The notes under the pieces are model-generated. The model worked only from the letters and a program-made list of their open reading frames with translations. It made no database searches and was not told where the DNA came from. Source: Lentisphaeria bacterium (GTDB lineage Bacteria > Verrucomicrobiota > Lentisphaeria > Victivallales > UBA1829). From it: a DNA stretch of 64,000 nt. This document shows, one piece after another, positions 19,265 through 27,835 of this stretch. The number at the start of each line of letters is the position of its first letter. The first letter of the stretch is position 1. Location: NCBI GenBank assembly GCA_017963105.1, contig JAGCTY010000175.1, forward strand, positions 51-64,050, given 5' to 3'. The position numbers were made by a program, and so were the translations under genes.

Positions 19265-20514
19265 GGAAGTTTCTCCGCGTAAAGACATTTCAGGTAGTGC
19301 GACTCCGGGAAGCGCGCGGGATGGTCTGCGGCGTGCCCGGTCCGGGCGAGCTCGCGGACGTGCGTATGGGCCAGGACGACCGGGAAGAAATCGTCGGCGG
19401 AGACGCGGCTGGAACACGATGCGAAAACGAGCGTGCCGCCGGGGTTGAGCAGGGAATCGGCTAGCGAGGCCAGGCGGGCGTAGGAATGCAGCGCGCGGTC
19501 GCGTTCGGCGGCGGATTTCGCGAAGGACGGCGGATCGACGATCACGAGTCCGAACCGGCGTTTTGCCTGCGCGAGGCCGTGCATGACCTCGAACGCGTCG
19601 CCCACGATGCCTTCATGCTTGCAGCGGCAGACGTTCGGATGTGCCGCATTGAGCTCGAAATGGCGCGCGCACGCCGCGATGGCGTGTTTGTCGGCATCGA
19701 GACTGCACACGGTTGATGCGCCGCCCCGGGCCGCGTACAGCGAGAAACCGCCGGAAAACGAAAAGACGTTCAGCACGTCGCGTCCGGCGGACATCGTGCC
19801 GACGCGGGCACGGTTGTCGCGCTGGTCGAGGAAGAACCCGGTCTTCTGCCCGCGGATCACGTCCGCCTCGAAAATGATGCCGTTCTCCTGAAAACGAACG
19901 GGATTCTCGAACGCTTCCGGCTTTGTCGTGAAGACGACCGCGGGTTCCGGGAAGAACCGGCGGACGAACGGGCTGTTCTCCAGCGCGCGGGAGAGCCGGA
20001 TCACGCAGTGGACCAGCCCGGGATTCGCCGCGAAAAACGCGTCGGCGACGTCGCCCGCCCACGGCACGAACGCCTCGGAATAGAGCTTCATGACGAGCGT
20101 GTCGGCGTAGCGGTCGGCGACGAGTCCGGGGAATCCGTCGCTTTCGCCGTTGGCGAGGCGGAACGCCGTTGTTTCAGTCGGTATGACGCCAGCTCGCACC
20201 GTTGCGGCATCCGCGGCGAGTTTCGCGAAGAGCGCGGGCCCGACCGGGGGCTGCGAGGCATCCTTCTGCAGGATACGTACGCGGAGCTGGGAATGCGGGT
20301 CGTACAGCCCGGCGCCGAGGATCTTCTTCCCGTCGGGATCGTACAGGACCGCCACGTCGCCGGGCGTGGCGTCGGGCGGCGCTTTCTTCACGGAATCCTC
20401 GAAGAGCCACGGATGCCCCGAGCGGACCGCGGGCACGGCCTTCTGCTTCACGCGGACGGCGATGCGGCGCGGCTCAGCCTGGCGCGGTAGGGATTCTGGG
20501 GTGCGAATAAGCAT
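19261..20514 (-). CDS. rlmI: 23S rRNA m5C methyltransferase RlmI-like (PUA plus class I SAM MTase)
   Basis: Start at ATG 20514 (MLIRTPES...). Blocks: RSGHPWLFEDSV...LYDPHSQLRVRIL (PUA-like N-terminus), NVFSFSGGFSLYAARGGA (SAM motif) and VIVDPPSFAKS. No obvious SD, so the start is approximate. Confidence 0.75.
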   Translation of the reverse strand: MLIRTPESLPRQAEPRRIAVRVKQKAVPAVRSGHPWLFEDSVKKAPPDATPGDVAVLYDPDGKKILGAGLYDPHSQLRVRILQKDASQPPVGPALFAKLAADAATVRAGVIPTETTAFRLANGESDGFPGLVADRYADTLVMKLYSEAFVPWAGDVADAFFAANPGLVHCVIRLSRALENSPFVRRFFPEPAVVFTTKPEAFENPVRFQENGIIFEADVIRGQKTGFFLDQRDNRARVGTMSAGRDVLNVFSFSGGFSLYAARGGASTVCSLDADKHAIAACARHFELNAAHPNVCRCKHEGIVGDAFEVMHGLAQAKRRFGLVIVDPPSFAKSAAERDRALHSYARLASLADSLLNPGGTLVFASCSSRVSADDFFPVVLAHTHVRELARTGHAADHPARFPESHYLKCLYAEKLP

Positions 20515-20536
20515 AACGTGCGGGAAAAAACGGGAT

Positions 20537-21412
20537 TCAGTTGCGGAGGCGTGCGTAGAGCCCTGCGGGAAGCGCGCGGTCCGGCGCGGACGTCTCCGGG
20601 ATGAGCATTTCGCCGGATTCGACCTGCGCGGCGAAGTCAGGGAACGCCTGTCTGACCATGCGTCCGAGGGAGAACGCGGAGAAACCGGGCGAGTGGCATG
20701 TGAGGAGGATGAAGAAGCGGCCCGAGGTGTCGAGGATGGCGCGGACGGACGCAAGCAGGTCGGCGATGTCGGATTCGATCTTCCATACCTGGCCCTGCGC
20801 GCCGCGTCCGAACGACGGCGGATCGAGCACGATGCCGCGGTATTTGTGTCCGCGGCGCTGCTCGCGTGCGACGAACTTCATGGCGTCGTCGCAGATCCAG
20901 CGGATCTTGCCTTTGAGGTCATTGTTGAGCGCCTGGTTTTTGTTCGCCCAGTCGATGATGCCGCGCGAAGCGTCCAGGTGGCAGGCGTTCGCGCCGCCCT
21001 GCGCCATGGCGAACGTGGCGCCGCCGGAGTAGGCGAAGAGGTTGAGGGTGTCCGAACCCGCCGGCAGGAGCGCGGAGGATTCGCGGAGCCACGCCCAGTT
21101 CCCGATCTGTTCGGCGAAGAATCCGAGGTGGCCGAAATGGGTCGGCTTGACCAGGAAATTGACTTCGCCCCAGCGGACGATCCATTTTCCCTCGTCGGGC
21201 TGCCTCAGGCCGCGTTTCCATGTCCACACGCCGCCGCCCGTGCTCTGCCGCTCGAACACCGCGTCGGCGGCGTTCCATTCCTTTTCGGGCAGGGTGGGGC
21301 GCCAGAAGGCGTTGAGCGCGGGACGGATGATCCGGTAGGGGCCGACCTGTTCGAGTTTGCGGCAGGAGCCGGTGTCGAGGAGGAGATAGGGGGGGATGTT
21401 CGGTTTGCTCAT
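20537..21412 (-). CDS. class I SAM-dependent methyltransferase with an RlmI/RlmK-type catalytic domain and no PUA domain
   Basis: 291 aa with NLFAYSGGATFAMAQGGA...HLDASRG...IVLDPPSFGRG. A paralogue of the catalytic half of the adjacent rlmI-like gene. Confidence 0.75.
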   Translation of the reverse strand: MSKPNIPPYLLLDTGSCRKLEQVGPYRIIRPALNAFWRPTLPEKEWNAADAVFERQSTGGGVWTWKRGLRQPDEGKWIVRWGEVNFLVKPTHFGHLGFFAEQIGNWAWLRESSALLPAGSDTLNLFAYSGGATFAMAQGGANACHLDASRGIIDWANKNQALNNDLKGKIRWICDDAMKFVAREQRRGHKYRGIVLDPPSFGRGAQGQVWKIESDIADLLASVRAILDTSGRFFILLTCHSPGFSAFSLGRMVRQAFPDFAAQVESGEMLIPETSAPDRALPAGLYARLRN

Positions 21413-21422
21413 AGGTGCGGGG

Positions 21423-22589
21423 TCACAGGTCGGGATTTTCGGCGTCGTAGATGATGTTGCCGCGGGAGACGGTCATGCGGACGCGGTTCGTTTTCGAGTC
21501 GAGGATGGTGATGTCGGCGCGTTTGCCGGGTCGGAGTTCGCCGCGTGTGATGAGGCCGAGGTCTTTTGCGGGGTTGGTGGAGACGCACGCGGCGGCGAGC
21601 GATTCGTCCAGGTTGCCGTAGCTGAGGAGATGGAGCCAGGAGTTGTCGAGGGTCATGGTGGATCCGGAGATCACGCCGTCGCCCAGCCGGACGACTCCCT
21701 GCGCGCCGGTTTCGCGGTTGTGCTCCAGGACGACCGCGTTGCTGATGACGACGATCTTGTCGGCGGGCTTGCAGCGCACGATCATGTTCACGATGGTCGG
21801 GTGGAGGTGGAGGCCGTCGACGATGATCTCGATGGTCACGCGGTCGTCGGTGAGCGCGATGGCGGTGAGCGAGGAGGACCTGTGGTAGATGGCGGGCATG
21901 GCGTTGAAGATGTAGGTGCAGCGGTGCGCGCCCGCGTCGATGGCGTCCAGCGTCTCGGATTCGGTCGCGAGGCTGTGCCCCATGGACGGGATCACGCCAT
22001 GCTCCAGCATGAGCTCGACCAGCTTCACCGCGTTCGGCATCTCAGGCGCGAACGTCATGACCTTGATGCGGCCGCGGCCCGCCTCGAAAAGCTCACGCGC
22101 GAACCCGAGGTCGACGGGCGAGATGTTCGCCGCGAGCTGGTCGCCGCGTTTCTGCGGGTTGATGAACGGCCCCTCGAGGTGCAGCGCCTGGGGTTCGGCG
22201 TACTGGTATCCGCCCTGGATCGAGCCGCACATGGCGTCGACCTGCGCGATCATGGTCTCCCGGGGGAGCGATACGATCGTGGGGAAGAACGTCGTGACGC
22301 CGTGCCGGGCGAGGATTCTGCTCATTTCGTGGAGCGGGTCCTGCCCCTCGCCGAAAACCGGCACCGAGTTCGCTCCGAGCCCGTGGATGTGCGTGTCGAT
22401 GAAGCCGGGCAGCCCGTAGGCGTTTTCAAGCTTCACGACCTGTAGTCCGGGCTCGTCCTGCGAGAACGCCGTCTCGCCCCCGATGGCGATGATGGTGTCC
22501 TTTTCGCAGAGGATGCCGCAGCTTTCGATTCGCTCGTAGGGGGTCAGACAGTGGTCCAGAAGGAACAGAATGCGACGTTTTTTCTCCAT
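21423..22589 (-). CDS. nagA: N-acetylglucosamine-6-phosphate deacetylase
   Basis: Start taken at ATG 22589 (MEKKRRILFLL...), with GGAG 9 nt upstream. Blocks: PGFIDTHIHGLG...HGVTTFFPT...LHLEGPFINP...MGHS...FNAM, typical of the amidohydrolase NagA family. The track ORF extends about 75 codons further upstream. Confidence 0.85.
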   Translation of the reverse strand: MEKKRRILFLLDHCLTPYERIESCGILCEKDTIIAIGGETAFSQDEPGLQVVKLENAYGLPGFIDTHIHGLGANSVPVFGEGQDPLHEMSRILARHGVTTFFPTIVSLPRETMIAQVDAMCGSIQGGYQYAEPQALHLEGPFINPQKRGDQLAANISPVDLGFARELFEAGRGRIKVMTFAPEMPNAVKLVELMLEHGVIPSMGHSLATESETLDAIDAGAHRCTYIFNAMPAIYHRSSSLTAIALTDDRVTIEIIVDGLHLHPTIVNMIVRCKPADKIVVISNAVVLEHNRETGAQGVVRLGDGVISGSTMTLDNSWLHLLSYGNLDESLAAACVSTNPAKDLGLITRGELRPGKRADITILDSKTNRVRMTVSRGNIIYDAENPDL

Positions 22590-22595
22590 ATCCAT

Positions 22596-23254
22596 ATACT
22601 CCGTGAAAAAAGTGATACCATAATATGCACCCGAAAAAAATTTTTTCAACATGAAATCAACAGGATACGGCAAAAGTCCGAAAAATCCTCCGTTTTCGAC
22701 TTGCTTATTCGGAAAAATGGTGCAAATTAAAGATAGCGTTCTTCGCGTTTTCCGGCGTCCGTCCGGTCCTTTCCCCCGCATCGGTCCGGTGCGCGCATCC
22801 CTGTGATGCGGCATCGGCGGTTTTGCATGGCATGGTCCTCCGGCGTCCGGTCCGGGAAGGATGTCCGCGCCCTTTTTTTCGCGCCGGATGATGACACGCG
22901 ATTGTCAACAACTTGTCAACAACCTGTCAAGAGAGCTGTATGTCGTTGATTTTCGCAGGGTTTGTCCGAAGTAAAAAAAAGTGCGGAAATTTCGGGAAAT
23001 CGGCTTGACTTTTCAAAAAGTCGTGCATGGGATCCCGAAACATCGGAACGATACAGCGTTTGAGCTTAAAACGAGGCGGAAACAGGCGCCGCGGTTTTCC
23101 CGCGGAAACCCTTTTGCGCCCGTGATTTGCGCGGCGCTGCGGCGTTCGGTCCGGACAGGCTCCGGACGGCTCCAGAAAGGCTGTCCGGCGCATTGTCAAC
23201 AAGTTTTGGAAAAACAACCTTAAACGATACGACAAGAACAGTTAGAGGAAGAAA
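22596..23254. other. candidate chromosomal replication origin / dnaA control region
   Basis: A 660-bp non-coding gap between divergent gene blocks, directly upstream of dnaA. It holds three perfect TTGTCAACA 9-mers plus degenerate copies, and an AT-rich tract at 22600-22740. Confidence 0.5.
22902..22932 (+). repeat. three phased 9-mers, TTGTCAACA / TTGTCAACA / CTGTCAAGA, 11 bp apart (DnaA-box-like)
   Basis: Read directly at 22902-22910, 22913-22921 and 22924-32. A fourth perfect TTGTCAACA lies at 23193-23201, 54 nt before the dnaA ATG. The 9-mer differs from the TTATCCACA consensus at two positions. Confidence 0.6.
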
Positions 23255-24631
23255 ATGTCGCACGGAGAAAGCAGCGCCTCCGAAGTATGGCAGTCCGTCA
23301 CAGGCTATATCAGAGCAAAATCCGAAGACGCGTACAAACAATGGTTCAAGAAAATGGTCCCGGTCTCGGTCGACGAGAAACAGCTCATTCTCGGCACGTC
23401 CGACAGTTTCTTCGCCAACTGGGTGATGAACAACTGCGGAGACCTCCTCAATGAGGCGCTCGCATCCGTCGGCTGCGAAGGCCTGAAGGTGACCTTCGAA
23501 TACGGCTACGGGTACGACCCCGAAGACCCAGGACTGGGCGAGGAACCACCGTTGTTCGAACAGGGCATCGACGAATCCGCGGACGGGGCGCAGATGATCA
23601 CCCCCGAGCTTGCCGACCTGATCCGCAAGCACTCGTTCGACAACTTCGTGGTCGGCGAGGAAAACCGCTACGCGTACACGGCCGCGCTGTCCGCCGCGCA
23701 GAAGCCCGGCACGATCAACCCGCTGTACATCTACGGCGGCTCCGGCATGGGCAAGACGCATCTGCTGCTCGCCGTGGCGCACGAGGTCCGGGCGCACAAC
23801 CCGACGGCGCGCGTCTGCTACATCACCTGCGAAAACTTCCTCAACGCGTTCCTCGATTCGCTCCGCACCAAGACCATGTACGAGTTCCGCGAGACCTTCC
23901 GCAACGTGGACTATCTGCTCGTCGACGACGTCCACACGCTCGGCAATAAGACCAGTCTGCAGGAGGAGTTCTTCAACACGTTCAACACCCTGTACGGCCT
24001 CGGCAGGCAGATCATCCTCACCTCCGACCGGCAGCCGTCCGAGATTCCCGGCCTCGAAAACCGGCTCGTCTCCCGCTTCTTCTCCGGCGTGACCACCCAG
24101 ATCACCCAGTCGTCGTTCGAGACGCGCCTCGCGATCCTGAAGCAGGAGCAGCAGTGCCTGCACATGAAGCTCGGCGACGACATCCTGACCTTCATCGCCG
24201 AGCGCATCTCCTCGAACATCCGCCCTCTGAAGGGCGCGCTGATGAGCCTCTCCATGTACGCCGCCGCGATGCGGAAGGAAATCGACCTGGAGACCGCGAA
24301 GGGCATCCTGTCCGATCAGCTCGAAAAGGAAGCCGAATCCCGCACGATCTCCATCGAGGAGATCCAGAAGGCGGTCGCCGAGGAGTTCGGGATCCAGGTC
24401 TATGACCTCACCGGCCCGAAGAAGCCGAAGAACATCGCCGAGCCGCGCATGATCGCCATGTACCTGTCCCGCAAGCTCACGACCAAGCCGCACCAGGAGA
24501 TCGGGCGCGCGTTCGGCGGCCGCTCCCACGGGACCGTGATCCATGCCGTGAAGCAGATCGAGGCGAACTCGCTTGAGGACGAGGAACTTCGGCGCGTCCT
24601 GAACCAGCTTCAGCGCAAGCTCCGCGGGTAA
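23255..24631 (+). CDS. dnaA: chromosomal replication initiator protein DnaA
   Basis: 458 aa with the AAA+ Walker A GGSGMGKTHLL, Walker B LLVDDVH, and C-terminal domain IV (IAMYLSRKLTTKPHQEIGRAFGGRSHGTVIHAVKQI). Confidence 0.96.
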   Translation: MSHGESSASEVWQSVTGYIRAKSEDAYKQWFKKMVPVSVDEKQLILGTSDSFFANWVMNNCGDLLNEALASVGCEGLKVTFEYGYGYDPEDPGLGEEPPLFEQGIDESADGAQMITPELADLIRKHSFDNFVVGEENRYAYTAALSAAQKPGTINPLYIYGGSGMGKTHLLLAVAHEVRAHNPTARVCYITCENFLNAFLDSLRTKTMYEFRETFRNVDYLLVDDVHTLGNKTSLQEEFFNTFNTLYGLGRQIILTSDRQPSEIPGLENRLVSRFFSGVTTQITQSSFETRLAILKQEQQCLHMKLGDDILTFIAERISSNIRPLKGALMSLSMYAAAMRKEIDLETAKGILSDQLEKEAESRTISIEEIQKAVAEEFGIQVYDLTGPKKPKNIAEPRMIAMYLSRKLTTKPHQEIGRAFGGRSHGTVIHAVKQIEANSLEDEELRRVLNQLQRKLRG

Positions 24632-24733
24632 TTCCGTCCCCGGCGCACACCGTCCCGTGTCTTCGTCCGCTTCCCATCTTCCCGCCGAATAAAAACACTG
24701 CATACACACTCAAATAACTGAAGGATCGAACTC

Positions 24734-25573
24734 ATGTCCGAAAACTGCTCCGGTTCCTGCTCCACCTGCGCCTCCGCGGGGGGTTGCGGCGAACGCAAAC
24801 CCTCCCGTCTCGACAAGATCAAACACAAAATCATGGTGCTCTCCGGCAAGGGCGGCGTGGGCAAAAGCACCGTCGCCGCCTGCCTCGCGGTCGCCCTGGC
24901 GCGCGAAGGCATGAAGGTCGCGCTGCTGGACGTGGATTTCCACGGTCCGAGCCAGCCGACATTGTTCGGCGCGGCGGACCGGCATCTCGACGGCACCGAG
25001 GCCGGGCTCATTCCGCTGTCCGTCGCCGGCGTGAAGCTCGTCTCCATCGGATTCCTGCTCGAAAACCCGGACGACGCGGTGATCCTGCGCGGCCCGGCGA
25101 AGATCGGTCTGCTCGGCCAGCTCTTCGAGGATGTCGACTGGGGCGACGACCTCGACTACCTCATTCTCGACTTCCCGCCCGGGACCGGCGACGAATCCCT
25201 TTCCGCCTGCCAGATGATCCAGGGCGACAAGGCCGCCATCGTGGTCACCACCCCGCAGGAAGTCTCCCTCGCCGACTGCCGCAAGTGCATCAGCTTCTGC
25301 AACCGCCTGGACGTCCGCATCCTCGGCGTCGTGGAGAATATGAGCGCATACGTCTGTCCGGACTGCTCCGCGAAGCACGCGCTCTTCTCCTCCGGCGGCG
25401 GCGAAAAGCTCGCGGACCGCGAGGGCCTCGCGCTGCTGGCGCAGATCCCGCTCGATCCGAAATTCCTCGCCGCGTGCGACGCCGGAAAGCTTCCGCAGGG
25501 GTTCCTGGATTCCGACGCGGTCTCTTCCGAAGTCGCCGGCATCACGAAAGCTGCCCTGGCGATGAATTCCTGA
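24734..25573 (+). CDS. mrp: Mrp/NBP35-family Fe-S cluster carrier ATPase
   Basis: 279 aa with a Cys-rich N-terminus, the deviant Walker A SGKGGVGKST, and CPDC in the C-terminal half. Confidence 0.88.
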   Translation: MSENCSGSCSTCASAGGCGERKPSRLDKIKHKIMVLSGKGGVGKSTVAACLAVALAREGMKVALLDVDFHGPSQPTLFGAADRHLDGTEAGLIPLSVAGVKLVSIGFLLENPDDAVILRGPAKIGLLGQLFEDVDWGDDLDYLILDFPPGTGDESLSACQMIQGDKAAIVVTTPQEVSLADCRKCISFCNRLDVRILGVVENMSAYVCPDCSAKHALFSSGGGEKLADREGLALLAQIPLDPKFLAACDAGKLPQGFLDSDAVSSEVAGITKAALAMNS

Positions 25574-25727
25574 CCGGTTCCGCAGCCATTTTTCCGCCGG
25601 ACTCCGTATCGTTTTTCCCGTGTGTCCGGCGGATGCGGGAAACGGCCTTCAGACCGCCGGAACGCCTTGAAATGCGTGAAAAATGCACGAAAAGGCAAAA
25701 AAAAATCATGTTTTTCGTAATACAGGC

Positions 25728-25756
25728 TTGCATTTTTGCGGAATCGAGGATATTTT
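25728..25756 (+). promoter_or_regulatory. sigma-70-type promoter (TTGCAT-N17-TATTTT)
   Basis: ttgcat at 25728-25733 and tatttt at 25751-25756, 48 nt before the EIIA-like gene. Confidence 0.45.
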
Positions 25757-25803
25757 ATCCCGTCTAAAAGTACACACCCATCTTTTATAGAAAGGCAAAA
25801 ACT

Positions 25804-26259
25804 ATGAAACCGGAATTCGTAAAGTACCTTCAGCAGGACTCCATCCTGATCGTGGACGGCGAGACGAAAAAGAAAGTGCTTGACGCCATTATCGCCCATG
25901 CCTGCACCCGCTGCACCATGGACGAGGACCAGATCCGCGAAGCGATCTGGAAACGCGAACGCATGATGACCACCGGCGTCGGAAAAGGTCTTGCTCTTCC
26001 CCATATCCGCATCAACGGTTTCCCGTCCCCGCTCGTGATCGTGGCCGTCTGCCGCAATCCCGTCTCCGATTACAAGACCCTCGATGAACAGCCCGTCTCC
26101 CTCGCCGTCTTCTTCGCCGCGGATGAACGCGATCCGGAAGCCTATCTGAAGCTCCTCGGCAGCATCTCCTCCCGTCTCAAGGAAGACAACGTCATCCCCA
26201 GCATCCTCGCGGCCGGCGACGACCGCAAGAAAATCTTCGAAATTCTCGCCGCGGAATGA
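25804..26259 (+). CDS. PTS EIIA(Ntr/Fru)-type regulatory protein (PtsN-like)
   Basis: 151 aa with the EIIA type-2 fold signature around the phospho-His (TGVGKGLALPHIRI). Confidence 0.75.
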   Translation: MKPEFVKYLQQDSILIVDGETKKKVLDAIIAHACTRCTMDEDQIREAIWKRERMMTTGVGKGLALPHIRINGFPSPLVIVAVCRNPVSDYKTLDEQPVSLAVFFAADERDPEAYLKLLGSISSRLKEDNVIPSILAAGDDRKKIFEILAAE

Positions 26260-26512
26260 CCGCCGCGGACCGGGTTCCCCCGGTTCGAACACGGTTCTTC
26301 CGACGGGTTCTTTTCAGGCTCTTTGCCAGTTTTCGGGGCGTTTGCCCCGGTCCGGCGCCGGACGCCGTTCCCCCGGTATCCGGCGGAATGCGCTGTCTTC
26401 CGGGCGCGGGCGGATCGTGTATCCGTCCCCGCTTCAGGAAGGCGTCTGCCGGGCGTGAACAGATCGGGAAACAACAGCCGGATCGGTCCGGCAAGCAGGA
26501 AAGCAGGTCATC

Positions 26513-27166
26513 ATGGGCAGAAAAAAATTGTTCAGTCTGATTGAAATCGCGGTGGCGATGGCCGTCGCGGCGATCGGCGTGGCCGCCATCATGGCGCTTC
26601 TGCCGATTGCCGTCAAGTCCACATCCGATTCCGTCGGCGACACGCTCGCCACTGACGTCGCCAATTCCGTGGTCGCCCAGCTTGACCGGGCCGCCTGGGA
26701 GCATTTCGACTGGATCCAGAATCTGAAGACTTCGAAGCCGTCCAAATTTACCGACAGCCAGGCGGCGAACTACGCCAAAATGAAGATGGATTCGGAATCC
26801 TACAGGATCGAGCCCGCCACCGGCCTTCAGAACGGCCATTTTGCGTTCCTTTTCGGCCCCCCGAACGAGCCCGCCGATTTCGCCGCGGAGGTCATCTGCT
26901 GGAAGGAAACGATCGGCAACCTGAAACTGACCACGCTCAATTCGAAAACGGGCAAGGTTGGGACGCCGTTCGCGATGAGCAACCTCAAATACCCGACGGG
27001 CTCCGGAAAATCCGGTCAGCCCTACGTGCGCGTTTTCATCGAAATCACCTGGCCGATGACGAAGCCCTATTCGAAAGGTTCGGGAACCAGCGCGACCTAC
27101 CCGCGCCAGTCGCGCATTTTCGTGCGCGAGTACCTCGACCCCACGTTCTACAAGGAAGAGAAATAA
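26513..27166 (+). CDS. pseudopilin with a prepilin-type N-terminal methylation/cleavage domain
   Basis: N-terminus MGRKKLFSLIEIAVAMAVAAIGVAAIMALLP (the F-S-L-I-E motif plus a hydrophobic helix). Confidence 0.8.
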   Translation: MGRKKLFSLIEIAVAMAVAAIGVAAIMALLPIAVKSTSDSVGDTLATDVANSVVAQLDRAAWEHFDWIQNLKTSKPSKFTDSQAANYAKMKMDSESYRIEPATGLQNGHFAFLFGPPNEPADFAAEVICWKETIGNLKLTTLNSKTGKVGTPFAMSNLKYPTGSGKSGQPYVRVFIEITWPMTKPYSKGSGTSATYPRQSRIFVREYLDPTFYKEEK

Positions 27167-27178
27167 GGAGGATTTCCG

Positions 27179-27814
27179 ATGAAAAAGCCTTTCACTCTCG
27201 TTGAAGTCCTGATCGCGATGAGCGTCCTTTCCGTGTTCCTCCTCGGGCTCATGCAGTTCTATTCCTCCACCGAAACCGTCCTGAGCTCCGGCATCGAGCG
27301 CACCGAGATGTTCGAACGCGCCCGCATCGCCATGGACATGATGGCGAACGACCTCACATGCGTGTATTATTCGCAGACGGACGACGACCTCACGCCGTTC
27401 CAGTACAGCGAGGACAGTTATTTCAAGGTTTCCACGATCCGCCCGGAAAAGCTGAACACGACCGCCAAGACCAATATCGTGGGTGTGCAGTACAAGTGGG
27501 AAAAATCGAAATACTCCCTCGTCTATTCCTATGATGGCGCGGGCGATACGTTCGACATTTCCAAGGCGAGCTGCGGCAACGACACCGAGCTCGTCGATGG
27601 CGTGACCGATTTCAGCGTCAAGGCGTACTTCGGCGACGGGCCGAAAATTCTCCCCGCGCTCGTCGTGATCCGCATGGAGCTGCTCGACGGCAAAGCCGTG
27701 CGCCGCATGAAGGCAAACCCCTCCGCGAAGGAAGCCATCCTCAAAAACGCGAACAAGCGCGAGTTCCGCCGCATGGTCGTCATCGACCGCGGCCAGCCGA
27801 AACCGAAACTCTGA
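27179..27814 (+). CDS. pseudopilin (GspJ/PulJ-like), prepilin-type N-terminal domain
   Basis: N-terminus MKKPFTLVEVLIAMSVLSVFLLGLMQF, with AGGAGG 7 nt upstream. Confidence 0.8.
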   Translation: MKKPFTLVEVLIAMSVLSVFLLGLMQFYSSTETVLSSGIERTEMFERARIAMDMMANDLTCVYYSQTDDDLTPFQYSEDSYFKVSTIRPEKLNTTAKTNIVGVQYKWEKSKYSLVYSYDGAGDTFDISKASCGNDTELVDGVTDFSVKAYFGDGPKILPALVVIRMELLDGKAVRRMKANPSAKEAILKNANKREFRRMVVIDRGQPKPKL

Positions 27815-27835
27815 CCGGGAAGGAGCAAGTGCATC

